Source of the DNA: an uncultured delta proteobacterium
GTDB taxonomy: Bacteria > Desulfobacterota > Desulfobacteria > Desulfobacterales > JAFDCJ01
Reading direction: 5' to 3'
Length of the DNA stretch: 64,000 bases
Assembly: GCA_963769935.1 (NCBI GenBank)
Contig: CAVYNY010000035.1
Coordinates: 1-64,000 of the forward strand
The position numbers and the translations under genes were made by a program. Below are positions 28,881-37,903 of this stretch, in pieces; the stretch's first letter is position 1; every line of letters starts with the position of its first letter. A model generated the notes under the pieces. That model saw nothing but the letters and a program-made list of their open reading frames with translations, searched no databases and was not told where the DNA came from.

Positions 28881-30302
28881 CTACTGTTGATTGCCTATCG
28901 CAAAGCCGGATTTTTTGCGGGTCGACAAAAAGTCCAGCAGGTTTTCGGTTTGCGCGGTGGAAAGGATGCGGCCGAATACCGGCATGTTGTACGCGCCGTT
29001 CATGATGCGCAGTGTCAGCTGGTCGCGGGTCAGCTGGTCGGCTATCCAAGTCAGTTCAGGTCCCCGCTTTCCTCCATGGCCCGCTATGGTATGGCAGTAA
29101 AGGCATGCCATCTTGTTGAAAACCATTGCCCCTTCATATACCGGACCGGAAGAAGCCCCGATATTGTCCGCCGTCAGGGGAGAGGCATTGATGCGGGGTG
29201 ACCAGTTCTCATGCCATCCGGCCACGGTCAGCGCGGCAATTCCCGAGAAGATGCAAACAACGGCAGCCACTGCCAGAGGTCTACGCGCCGGATGCCGCTC
29301 CCCGCGGTTGCTCACCAGCGGGACCGAAAAGAGGACCAGACCGATCAGCAAGGGCAAAAAGACCATGAAAAAGTTTTCGAGAGCGTGCGGCAGCAGGGCC
29401 AGCAGGGCGAAAAGCCACCAGAAATACCAGTCCGGGCGGGGGTGCGCGTTAATCAGCGAAGGATCGGGCGGATGGTCAAGCTCGGGTGGACCGACCAACC
29501 AGGCCAACAGCAGCACAACCAGAACGACGCCGAGAGCGAACACGAAATCGCGCAGCACGACCGTCGGCCAGAAAGGGACGCCTTCCTTGCGCAGCATGTC
29601 GTGATAATCCGAACGGTACGTCGCGGGATCCACCCCGCGGCCCGGCACGGGCGGTTCGGATACGCCGTTGCGCAGCACCAGGTACACGTGCAGGCCAATC
29701 AGGGACGCGAGCAGGGCCGGCAGGACAACGACATGCAGGTCGAATATACGGCTCAAGGTGTAGGTTCCCACCACATCCCCGCCTATGATGAAGTGCGCCA
29801 GCCGGGTGCCGATCAGCGGAACGTGTCCCGCCATCTTTGCGGCTACCACCATCCCGAATACGGCGTTCTGGTCCCAGCGCACGATCTGACCGCAGTACGC
29901 CATCGCCAGCGTGGTCGCCATCAGCAATACGCCACTGATCCAGTTCAATTCCCGCGGAAATTTGAAGCTCCCCATCAGGAATACCCTGAGGAAGTGGACG
30001 ACGAGCAGGGTGACCATCATCGACGCTCCCCAGTAATGCATGCCTCTCAGCAAAGCGCCGAGCGGCGCCTTGTGGGTGATATACTGCAGGCTTTCATAGG
30101 CGCTGCCCGCCGAGGGGACATAGGTCGTCAGCAGGCCGATGCCGGTGGCCACCTGCATGATAAAAGCCGTCAGGACCGCACTGCCGAAGACATATTTCCA
30201 TTTAACACCGGGCGCAGCCGGATGAGCGGCAACCGCTTGAATCGGTTTGACGAGCCCGGTTCGATCCTCCAGCCATTGCAAGAGCTTGTTCTGCTGTTTC
30301 AT
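28881..30302 (-). CDS. qcrB: Cytochrome b (unsplit b + subunit IV) fused to a C-terminal monoheme cytochrome c; bc complex
   Basis: WLEDRTG, RGMHYWGAS, VHFLRVF, YCGQIVRWDQ, LHVVVLP..GLHVY, Qo motif PDWY, CLYCH..MP. ATG 30302 after agggat. Confidence 0.92.
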   Translation of the reverse strand: MKQQNKLLQWLEDRTGLVKPIQAVAAHPAAPGVKWKYVFGSAVLTAFIMQVATGIGLLTTYVPSAGSAYESLQYITHKAPLGALLRGMHYWGASMMVTLLVVHFLRVFLMGSFKFPRELNWISGVLLMATTLAMAYCGQIVRWDQNAVFGMVVAAKMAGHVPLIGTRLAHFIIGGDVVGTYTLSRIFDLHVVVLPALLASLIGLHVYLVLRNGVSEPPVPGRGVDPATYRSDYHDMLRKEGVPFWPTVVLRDFVFALGVVLVVLLLAWLVGPPELDHPPDPSLINAHPRPDWYFWWLFALLALLPHALENFFMVFLPLLIGLVLFSVPLVSNRGERHPARRPLAVAAVVCIFSGIAALTVAGWHENWSPRINASPLTADNIGASSGPVYEGAMVFNKMACLYCHTIAGHGGKRGPELTWIADQLTRDQLTLRIMNGAYNMPVFGRILSTAQTENLLDFLSTRKKSGFAIGNQQ

Positions 30303-30315
30303 CCCTTTATTCTCT

Positions 30316-30858
30316 CTAGGTAGCTTCCGTGATGGGGATGGGACGGCTCTCCAGTTCGACCTGCCCACCGCGCACTCTGACCCGGAAACGCTGCAGCGGA
30401 AAGGGAGCGGGGCCCGCCGCGACGATCCCGTCCTCATAGTAAACGCTGCCGTGGCAGGGACAGACAAACAGTTTGGAAGAGGCCTCCCAGCGCACCGGGC
30501 AGCCGAGGTGGGAGCAATTGAGCACAAAGGCGATGAAGTCACTATCCCCGACCCTGCGCACCCAGGCCCCGGTCTTTGCCGTCACACCCGCCCAGGGCCT
30601 TGCCGACGGGTTTTCAAAGGAGACCAGGACCGTATCGCCGACGGTGAACCGCTCGGCCGGACCCACGGATACCCACTGACGAAGCATCTTGCGGGAAACC
30701 GGCAACAGAATATAGCCGATGACCGGCAGTCCCGCCAGGATCGCAATCAGAGACCCGATGGCCACGCTGAGCCTGGCCAGGAAACGGCGCCGGCCCGGGT
30801 CTTCTTCGCCGGATCGGCCGGCCCTATTGTTATCCCCATTGTTATCATTGATCTTCAC
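30316..30858 (-). CDS. qcrA: Rieske [2Fe-2S] protein of the bc complex
   Basis: Tat motif RRRFL, CSHLGC, CPCHGSVY, AGPAPFPL. Confidence 0.95.
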   Translation of the reverse strand: MKINDNNGDNNRAGRSGEEDPGRRRFLARLSVAIGSLIAILAGLPVIGYILLPVSRKMLRQWVSVGPAERFTVGDTVLVSFENPSARPWAGVTAKTGAWVRRVGDSDFIAFVLNCSHLGCPVRWEASSKLFVCPCHGSVYYEDGIVAAGPAPFPLQRFRVRVRGGQVELESRPIPITEAT

Positions 30859-31102
30859 TGGAGAGCTCTCCTACCCACTTTATGATGGCGAGAATGAAAA
30901 GTACGATTCCCGTAGCAGTTATAATGTTTGATGTCAGGACCCCAAGTCCCATCAGCATTGCTCCCACGGAAAGAACGAAGGGCCAATATGTGGGCGGGGG
31001 GATGACTGCGGGCTTTGGAATGTTCCAGTCGACCGAATTCCCCTTTTCGTTCTCCCGGGAAAGACCCGCGGGGCCGGTCTGATTTTCACTGCTGTTTTGC
31101 AT
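30845..31102 (-). CDS. Small 2-TM subunit of the cytochrome c oxidase operon (subunit IV-like)
   Basis: IPPPTYWPFVLSVG..IKWVGEL. Overlaps both neighbours. Confidence 0.7.
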   Translation of the reverse strand: MQNSSENQTGPAGLSRENEKGNSVDWNIPKPAVIPPPTYWPFVLSVGAMLMGLGVLTSNIITATGIVLFILAIIKWVGELSSEDQ

Positions 31103-31913
31103 TTACGAACCCTTTCTCTGCTGTTTCCCATTCTTCATGGTTACGGAAAAGCCGGCTGATTACGGCCATCAGCGACGCGAAATACATCAGGCCACCGATT
31201 ATCCACATGAACATGCCGCCCAGGTTGAGGTCCGACTGGGGGTCCAGTTCCCAGACCGTGCGGATAAGCCGGAAAAGCCCGGTGCCGTCGGAGGAGCGCA
31301 TGTACGCGGGGTAATATCCCAGGGGTGAATAGGTCAACAATATCCCCAGGATCATATTGGCCGTCATGGCGGTAAATATATAAACCGCCCCGACGACCGG
31401 TGAAAGCCGGTGCGACTGCAAAGGGGTGAAGATGGGCCAGTAGAATATCGTTCCCGTGAGTAGTAAGCTCAGATGCTCCACGACGTGGAGCCATTCGTGG
31501 TTCAGCGCCGCATTGTAGAGCACGGGCAGGTGCCAGAGCCACATGGCCCCCACTGCCACCAGACAGGCAATGGTCGGCCTGCGGAGGACCCGCTCGGCTT
31601 TTGCCGCAATTTCAATGGACAAGAGCGACCGGACCGGCCCCGGCGGGAGGCCGAGCAGGAGAAGCGGCGGTACGGCCAGATAGAGCAGGATATGCTCCAT
31701 CATATGGGCGCTGAAGAGGTAATTGTCGCCGAGAAAATCGAGCGGCCCGATCAGCGTCAGCAGCATGAGCAGCACGCCCGAGCCGAAGAGCGCTGTTTTG
31801 CGGTTCATCCGAAAGCGGACGACCCAAAGATACGCAAAAAAGAGCGCTGCGCACCCGACGATCACGGCGGGTTCGAAATCCCAGGCCACAGCGAAAAGTT
31901 GTCCGGTGGTCAT
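31086..31913 (-). CDS. ctaG: caa3-type CtaG cytochrome c oxidase assembly factor
   Basis: LFSAHMMEHILL..PPLLLLG, WLWHLPVLYNAAL..HVVEH, GGMFMWIIG. The start at 31913 overlaps the subunit III stop. Confidence 0.9.
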   Translation of the reverse strand: MTTGQLFAVAWDFEPAVIVGCAALFFAYLWVVRFRMNRKTALFGSGVLLMLLTLIGPLDFLGDNYLFSAHMMEHILLYLAVPPLLLLGLPPGPVRSLLSIEIAAKAERVLRRPTIACLVAVGAMWLWHLPVLYNAALNHEWLHVVEHLSLLLTGTIFYWPIFTPLQSHRLSPVVGAVYIFTAMTANMILGILLTYSPLGYYPAYMRSSDGTGLFRLIRTVWELDPQSDLNLGGMFMWIIGGLMYFASLMAVISRLFRNHEEWETAEKGFVNAKQQ

Positions 31914-32458
31914 CGCAGCACCCACAGGTAGACGACGGGAAAGATGATCATCCATACCGCGTCGACGAAGTGCCAGTAAATCGAAACGCTTTCCACGGCC
32001 TGAGAGGGGCCCGTAACGCCCCGCTTCAGTTGGAGGCCGAAAAGGGTCCCCAGCAGAATAAGTCCGATAAAAACATGCAGACCGTGAAAGCCCGTAAGGG
32101 TAAAAAACGTCGTGCCGAACAGGTCCCGGCTGATGGTCACGTCTTCCCTGATGAGGGAGGCGTACTCGCTGCCCTGCCCCGCTAAAAATGTAATCCCCAG
32201 TGCCAATGTGGCCAGAAGCCACGCGAGCGCCGGCCTTCGCCTGCCGGTCCTGAAGTGAATGCCGGCCTGCCGCATGGTGAAGCTGCTGAGGATGAGGCAT
32301 GCGGTGAACACCGCGGTTCTCGGAATATCCAGGTAACGGGACGGGTCGGCGGCGCTGGGCGAGGTCGCGTGATAGACCACGTAAGCGACGATCAGCGGTA
32401 TAAAGAAAAACGCTTCCGAAGCCACAAAAAGCAGCATTGCCAGTCTGTTTTTGTTCAT
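31910..32458 (-). CDS. ctaE: Cytochrome c oxidase subunit III
   Basis: LFVASEAFFF, FFTLTGFHGLHV, YWHFVDAVW. Confidence 0.95.
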   Translation of the reverse strand: MNKNRLAMLLFVASEAFFFIPLIVAYVVYHATSPSAADPSRYLDIPRTAVFTACLILSSFTMRQAGIHFRTGRRRPALAWLLATLALGITFLAGQGSEYASLIREDVTISRDLFGTTFFTLTGFHGLHVFIGLILLGTLFGLQLKRGVTGPSQAVESVSIYWHFVDAVWMIIFPVVYLWVLR

Positions 32459-34152
32459 GCGCTGTCCCCCCTGTGAGAAGGCGGCGCGGCAGCGGCCGGC
32501 TGCTTTTCGGATCGCTGAAGATCCCATAACGGCCGGATGCTGCGAACCGGCGGAATCCGGTCGAAATTGTGAGGCGGAGGCGGAGAGGATGTGGCCCATT
32601 CCAGGGTCCAGCCACCCCAGGGGTTGTCCGCGGCCGGTTTCCCTTTGAAAAGGCTGATGAGCAGATTAGCGAAAAAGACAAAGACTCCCAGCCCCAGGAC
32701 GTAAGAAGAAAGAGAGGATATCAGGTTGATGGTGGCGAGATGCGGCAAATCGGGGTACGTAAAGACCCTGCGCGGCATACCGGCGAGGCCGGCAAAGTGC
32801 AGAATGAAAAAAGTGCCGTTGAAGCCGATCACCATGAGCCAGAATTGTATCTTGCCCAGCTTTTCCGACAGCATGCGGCCGGTGATTTTCGGGTACCAGT
32901 AATAAAATCCGGCCATCACGGTGAAAAGCGTGCCTCCCAGCAGGGTGTAGTGAAAATGGGCCACCACGAAATAGCTGTGGGTAAGCGACCAGTCGACGGG
33001 CACTGTGGCGAAAGCCACTCCGCTCAGGCCGCCGATCGTGAACTGTATGATGAAGGCAACGGCGAACAGCATCGCCGTATCGAAGCTGATGGAGCCGCCC
33101 CACATGGTGGCGATCCAGTTGAAGATTTTGATCCCGGTGGGGACGGCGATCAGCACGGTTGAAAGCGCGAAGACGTAATAGACCGTAAAGTTCATTCCCG
33201 TGGCCAACATGTGATGCGCCCAGACGCCGAAGCTGAGAAAACCGATCGCCACCGTTGCGACGGCCATAAAGGCGTAGCCGAAGATCGGTTTGCGGGAGAA
33301 AACCGGAATGATCTCGGATACCATTCCGAAACCGGGCAGGATCAGAATATAAACCTCGGGGTGGCCGAAAAACCAGAAAGTGTGCTCCCAGAGCAGGGGT
33401 TTGCCGCCGGCCGCAGGGTTGAAGAAGAGTGCGTTCAGGTGCCGGTCCATGAACAGCATCACCAGCGCGGCGTTCAGCGCAGGCAGGGCCAGGAGCATGA
33501 GAACGGCGTTGATCGAGGACATCCAGACGAACAGCGGGAGCTGGGTCAGTTTCATATCGGGGGCGCGCAGGTCGGCGACGGTCACGAGGATGTTGATTGC
33601 CGTCATAATCGTCCCGGCCCCGGTCAGGAGAAGACCGACGATCCAGTAATCCACGCCGGTGCCGACCATATACTTGTCCATCGAATAATTGACCGAGGTC
33701 AACGGCGCATAGGCGGACCAGCCCATATGGAGGGTGTCTCCCGCAAAAAAGCTGAAATATATCAGGAGTCCGCCCATCAGGTACAGCCAGTAAGCGAGAG
33801 CGTTCAGCCTCGGGAACGAGACGTCGCGCGCCCCGATCATCAGGGGCGTGAAATAGACCATGAACCCGGTGAGCATGGGCATGATCGCAAGAAATACCAT
33901 CGTCGTGCCGTGCATCGTGAAAACCTGGTTGTAGGTCTCGGGGGACAGCCAGTGATGGTTCGGTTTGATAAGCTGGGTGCGCATGATCATCGCCAGGGAT
34001 ACCGCCGCCAGGAAGAACATCAGCGATGTCGCGATATACATGATCCCAATCTGCTTATGGTCCACGGAGGAGAGCCAGCTCAGCAGGCCTTTGTATTCCC
34101 CGACCTCCAGGATGCTCCCCGGTTTTTTTGAAGTACTGATTTCGCTGTTCAT
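32455..34152 (-). CDS. ctaD: Cytochrome c oxidase subunit I (type A1)
   Basis: VDHKQIG, TMHGT, WFFGHPEVY, VWAHHM, PTGIKIF, VVAHFHY, GMPRR. Confidence 0.98.
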   Translation of the reverse strand: MNSEISTSKKPGSILEVGEYKGLLSWLSSVDHKQIGIMYIATSLMFFLAAVSLAMIMRTQLIKPNHHWLSPETYNQVFTMHGTTMVFLAIMPMLTGFMVYFTPLMIGARDVSFPRLNALAYWLYLMGGLLIYFSFFAGDTLHMGWSAYAPLTSVNYSMDKYMVGTGVDYWIVGLLLTGAGTIMTAINILVTVADLRAPDMKLTQLPLFVWMSSINAVLMLLALPALNAALVMLFMDRHLNALFFNPAAGGKPLLWEHTFWFFGHPEVYILILPGFGMVSEIIPVFSRKPIFGYAFMAVATVAIGFLSFGVWAHHMLATGMNFTVYYVFALSTVLIAVPTGIKIFNWIATMWGGSISFDTAMLFAVAFIIQFTIGGLSGVAFATVPVDWSLTHSYFVVAHFHYTLLGGTLFTVMAGFYYWYPKITGRMLSEKLGKIQFWLMVIGFNGTFFILHFAGLAGMPRRVFTYPDLPHLATINLISSLSSYVLGLGVFVFFANLLISLFKGKPAADNPWGGWTLEWATSSPPPPHNFDRIPPVRSIRPLWDLQRSEKQPAAAAPPSHRGDSA

Positions 34153-35081
34153 TTCAATCCTTCAAGATAGTCGGTCAGATACTTTATCTGATCGGCGTTA
34201 AGGCCGATGTCGGGCATGAGAACGCCCTTTTTCACGGACTGGGGGTCCTTTAGCCATCTGGCCAGGTTCTCCGGCGTGTTGGGAAGCGTGCCCGCCGCCA
34301 GGGTTGTCCGGCTCCCCACATGAGTCAGGTCCGGAGCCACGCGGCCCCTGGTCATGAGCCCGGCAATGGAGTGGCAGTTAATGCAGTTTTTTTCCCTGAA
34401 GACCTCGGCGCCGTTCGCTGCCCCAACCGCTGAGGGGGGCGCAGCCGGCTGCCGCTGGTGTGCGAGCCATGCGCTAAAATCCTCGGGGGACTGCGCGAAG
34501 ACCCGGATTCCCATGAGGGCATGTCCCATGCCGCAAAAAGAGTTGCAGGTGCCCAGGTAAAGACCCGGGCGCGTGATGGTCAGCCACATATGGTTGGGAT
34601 GGCCGGGTATGACATCGATCTTCTGCCCGAATGAGGGGACCCAGAAACCATGGATGACGTCTGCGGATTCGAACCTGAGGAGCAGGTGTTTGCCCACGGG
34701 CAGGTGAATCTCATTGGCCGCCGTTACCCCTGACTGAGGATAGTGCAGTTCCCACCACCACTGGTGCGCCACTACGGTCAGGTCGGGCTTATTGCCGAGC
34801 ACCGGCGGATTCACCAGAAACATGATCCTGACAGCGACGATAAAGAGCCCGGTGACGATGAGAAGGGGAATGGCTATCCACAGGACTTCCAGCCAGACGT
34901 TCTCGCTGAACTGCTTCGGCTCCCGTCCTTTCCGCCGGCGGAATCTGATCAAGGCGTACACCACCAGCCCGGCGACAATAACAAAGATAACGGCGGCGAC
35001 GCCGAGCACGATATAAAAAGAGCTGAGAATCTCGGAGGCTTCCTTCGTTACCGGCTGCAAAACAGATGTAAAAGCATCCAC
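34149..35081 (-). CDS. ctaC: Cytochrome c oxidase subunit II with CuA and a fused cytochrome c (caa3)
   Basis: HQWWW, DVIHGFWVP, CNSFCGMGHALM, CINCH..MP. Confidence 0.95.
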   Translation of the reverse strand: MDAFTSVLQPVTKEASEILSSFYIVLGVAAVIFVIVAGLVVYALIRFRRRKGREPKQFSENVWLEVLWIAIPLLIVTGLFIVAVRIMFLVNPPVLGNKPDLTVVAHQWWWELHYPQSGVTAANEIHLPVGKHLLLRFESADVIHGFWVPSFGQKIDVIPGHPNHMWLTITRPGLYLGTCNSFCGMGHALMGIRVFAQSPEDFSAWLAHQRQPAAPPSAVGAANGAEVFREKNCINCHSIAGLMTRGRVAPDLTHVGSRTTLAAGTLPNTPENLARWLKDPQSVKKGVLMPDIGLNADQIKYLTDYLEGLK

Positions 35082-35282
35082 TTTTTATCGCCTCTTATAC
35101 AGGTGATAAGGTGAGGTGATACGAATTTGCTTTCAAGCGTTAAAAAAAAGAAAAAATTAATGTTGTGTTCCGCGGCAAGCTGGATACCCATAAATAGCAC
35201 GGCCACATATACACATCAAGCCTTCGAAAAATATATGGGGTGAATAATGTATTTTTATATGAAAAATAACTTACAGGGCTTC

Positions 35283-37058
35283 TCAGATGGTGCAGGATAC
35301 GGCGGGCGACGGCGGAAAGGCAATGGCCAGGATATCATCTTTGCCGATGACGCCTAAAATTTGCTGCGGCCGGTCCGGGTCGACCACCGGCAGCAACACC
35401 ATGCGGTTTTCCTCCATTTTTTCCAGCACGGCATGCAGCGTATCTTCCGGATGGGAGACGACCGGATTCTTGGAGGCCACATCGCCGACCGTCAATTGAT
35501 TGCGACGGTCCGCCGGGGTTCGGACAAAATCACGCAGGGTAACCCACCCCACCAGCTGCCCTTGTTTTTCCACCGGATAGCCCTCAAGGCCGTACTTTGC
35601 GGCCAGCGCCTCCAGTGAAGCCAGCGGTGCGTCAAAGGCCGCCGGGATGATTTCCCGGTTCATGATTTGTTCGACTTTGATGAAGTCCAGGTTAAAAAAT
35701 TTGCCCATCCTCAAATCGATGCCCCGTTTTTCTAGTTTGAGGGTATAGATGGAAGCACCCCGCAGAAAAAGCCAAGACACCAGAAAGCTGCTGACCGAGC
35801 AGGCCATGATGGGGGGCAGCAGGCCGAAATCGCCGGTCATCTCCGGAATCATGATCATTATATTCAGCGGCGCCTGGGTGGCTCCGGCAAAAAGCGCTGC
35901 CATGCCGGCCAGAGCGTATTTGACCGGCTGTTGAACAAGCACCGGGAAAACCCATTGCAGCATCAGGCCGGCGGATGCTCCCAGCATACCGCCGATATAA
36001 AGCGTCGGTGCGAATATTCCGCCGCTGCCGCCCGAACCGATGGTAACCGCCGTGGCGATCATCTTCACCGCCCCCAGCAGGACGAGCAGTCCGAGGCCGA
36101 TTTTTCCGGCCAGGGCCAGATTCAGCCCGTGATAGCCGACCCCTTCGATACCGTAGTGCGGCAGCAGCACGATCAAAAGACCGGTGATCAGCCCTCCCAA
36201 AGCCGGTTTCAGGGTTGAACGCAGCTTCAGTCTGGCAAAGTAGTTGTCCACGGCATAAAAAAATTTGACCCACAACACGGAAACGAGGCCGAAGATGACC
36301 CCCAGCAGGAGGTAGAAAATCAAATCCCGGGGGACCCAGGCCGATAAGCCGACTGCCTGGAAATTGGAACTTTTCCCCAAAAACAAAGCGGCAAAAGCGG
36401 CCCCGATCACCGAAGACAACATCACCGGTACGGCCCGGATCAAATCGATGCCGCGCAGCAGGATCTCGATGCCGAACAGCGCCCCGCCCAAGGGAGCGTT
36501 GTAGGTGCCGGCGATTCCGGCGGCCAGCCCGCAGACAACCAGCAGCCGCACATCATGGGGCGGCAGCTTGAAGCAGCCGCCGAGAAATGAGCCGATGGTC
36601 GCACCGATCTGGGAGATAGGGCCTTCCCGGCCGGCACTGCCGCCCGATCCGATGGTTACCGATGAAGCCAGAATTTTAAAGACGGCCGTTCGCTTCCTGA
36701 GACGGCCTTTGCGCAAGGCTACCGCCTCCATGGTTTCCGGAATCCCGGCGCCGGCGGTTTCCGGTGCGATGCGCATGGTAATGGGGCCGATCAGAAGTCC
36801 GCCCAGCGCCGGCAATAGAAGCATGGCCGGCTCATAGCCGCTCCATTCGAAAAAAGATATGTGAGGAAGCGCCAGATGGAAAAACAGGCGGTGAATCGCC
36901 GCTACGATAAGGCGAAAAACGACGGCCCCCAGCCCGCCGGCCAAACCGACCAGACTGCTGAGGGCATACAGAGACAACCATTTCTCGGTCGGCGCTGAAA
37001 GCCCGTTATTCCACAATTTCATCAGCCCAGGCCTTTCCTCAGTTTCATTCTCGACCAA
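35283..37058 (-). CDS. ClC-family chloride/proton antiporter with a CBS pair
   Basis: GAGIP, GREGP, LFGIEIL, GGIFAP, SIYT and two C-terminal CBS domains. Confidence 0.93.
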   Translation of the reverse strand: MVENETEERPGLMKLWNNGLSAPTEKWLSLYALSSLVGLAGGLGAVVFRLIVAAIHRLFFHLALPHISFFEWSGYEPAMLLLPALGGLLIGPITMRIAPETAGAGIPETMEAVALRKGRLRKRTAVFKILASSVTIGSGGSAGREGPISQIGATIGSFLGGCFKLPPHDVRLLVVCGLAAGIAGTYNAPLGGALFGIEILLRGIDLIRAVPVMLSSVIGAAFAALFLGKSSNFQAVGLSAWVPRDLIFYLLLGVIFGLVSVLWVKFFYAVDNYFARLKLRSTLKPALGGLITGLLIVLLPHYGIEGVGYHGLNLALAGKIGLGLLVLLGAVKMIATAVTIGSGGSGGIFAPTLYIGGMLGASAGLMLQWVFPVLVQQPVKYALAGMAALFAGATQAPLNIMIMIPEMTGDFGLLPPIMACSVSSFLVSWLFLRGASIYTLKLEKRGIDLRMGKFFNLDFIKVEQIMNREIIPAAFDAPLASLEALAAKYGLEGYPVEKQGQLVGWVTLRDFVRTPADRRNQLTVGDVASKNPVVSHPEDTLHAVLEKMEENRMVLLPVVDPDRPQQILGVIGKDDILAIAFPPSPAVSCTI

Positions 37059-37125
37059 ACCGGTCGTTCCTCAGCCGGAAGAGATGCATCGGCGTATAAA
37101 ATGGGAAGTTATTTTTGAGTGAGCC

Positions 37126-37743
37126 CTAAGCTTCCAGGCCGAAATCAGCCAGCGCAGCGCGCGTCGATTCATAATCGATGTGGTGGATGCCCTTAATACC
37201 CATTGCGCCGGCGACCTGGACGAACATCAACCGGTCATCTATATAGACCACATTTTCAGCCGGCACCTGGGCGCAATCCAGTGCCAAGCGATACATGTCC
37301 TCATCCGGCTTGCGCAGATGTACGAAACAGGAGCAGATGAAAAAATCGATGAGGCGATTCAATTTGTAAGAGCCGACGCGGTGAATCGTCAACTCGCGGC
37401 CTTCATTGCTCACCGCTGCGATTTTGAGACCGTACTTCTTTTTAAGCGTCGACAGCAGCGCAATCATTTCCGGCATGGGTTCGGATTGCGCCAGCATAAA
37501 ATCCCGAAAGTCGTCCCGCGAAAATGACCGCCGGCGGTAGAACACCACCCGGCTCAAATATTGATTCAGGTTCAATTTGCCCTCTTCATAGGTATCAAAG
37601 GTCAAATGGTGGCGCTCATTCATTTCCTCATAGTCCAGGTCAAATTTCCGGGCCGCCCGCTGCCGCATCATGCGGTCCCAGCCGTTTGTCAGCAGAACGC
37701 CGCCAATATCCAAAAATAGCGCGATGATTTTTTCATTTTCCAT
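37126..37743 (-). CDS. HAD-superfamily phosphatase
   Basis: FLDIGGVL, VSNEG, RKPD, YIDDR. Confidence 0.9.
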   Translation of the reverse strand: MENEKIIALFLDIGGVLLTNGWDRMMRQRAARKFDLDYEEMNERHHLTFDTYEEGKLNLNQYLSRVVFYRRRSFSRDDFRDFMLAQSEPMPEMIALLSTLKKKYGLKIAAVSNEGRELTIHRVGSYKLNRLIDFFICSCFVHLRKPDEDMYRLALDCAQVPAENVVYIDDRLMFVQVAGAMGIKGIHHIDYESTRAALADFGLEA

Positions 37744-37903
37744 ATCAAATTTTCCTTATCCGGCCGGCAGCCTAATTTGACTGCTGCCCGTCAAGGATCA
37801 CTTTTACCGGATTTTCCGCCGGGACGGCATTCCAGGAGAGCAGGCGGTCCCTTAAAAACGGTCCGTAACGTGGCCGGATCTCCCGATCCAATTGATGGAT
37901 GTT

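Noticed and set aside
31914..32681. Long N-terminal extensions given by the ORF track for ctaG (also cytochrome b, atpI, atpC, atpF, cyoE, RAYT)
   Set aside because: They overlap neighbouring genes in other frames. Downstream starts with an RBS or stop-start coupling fit the families better.
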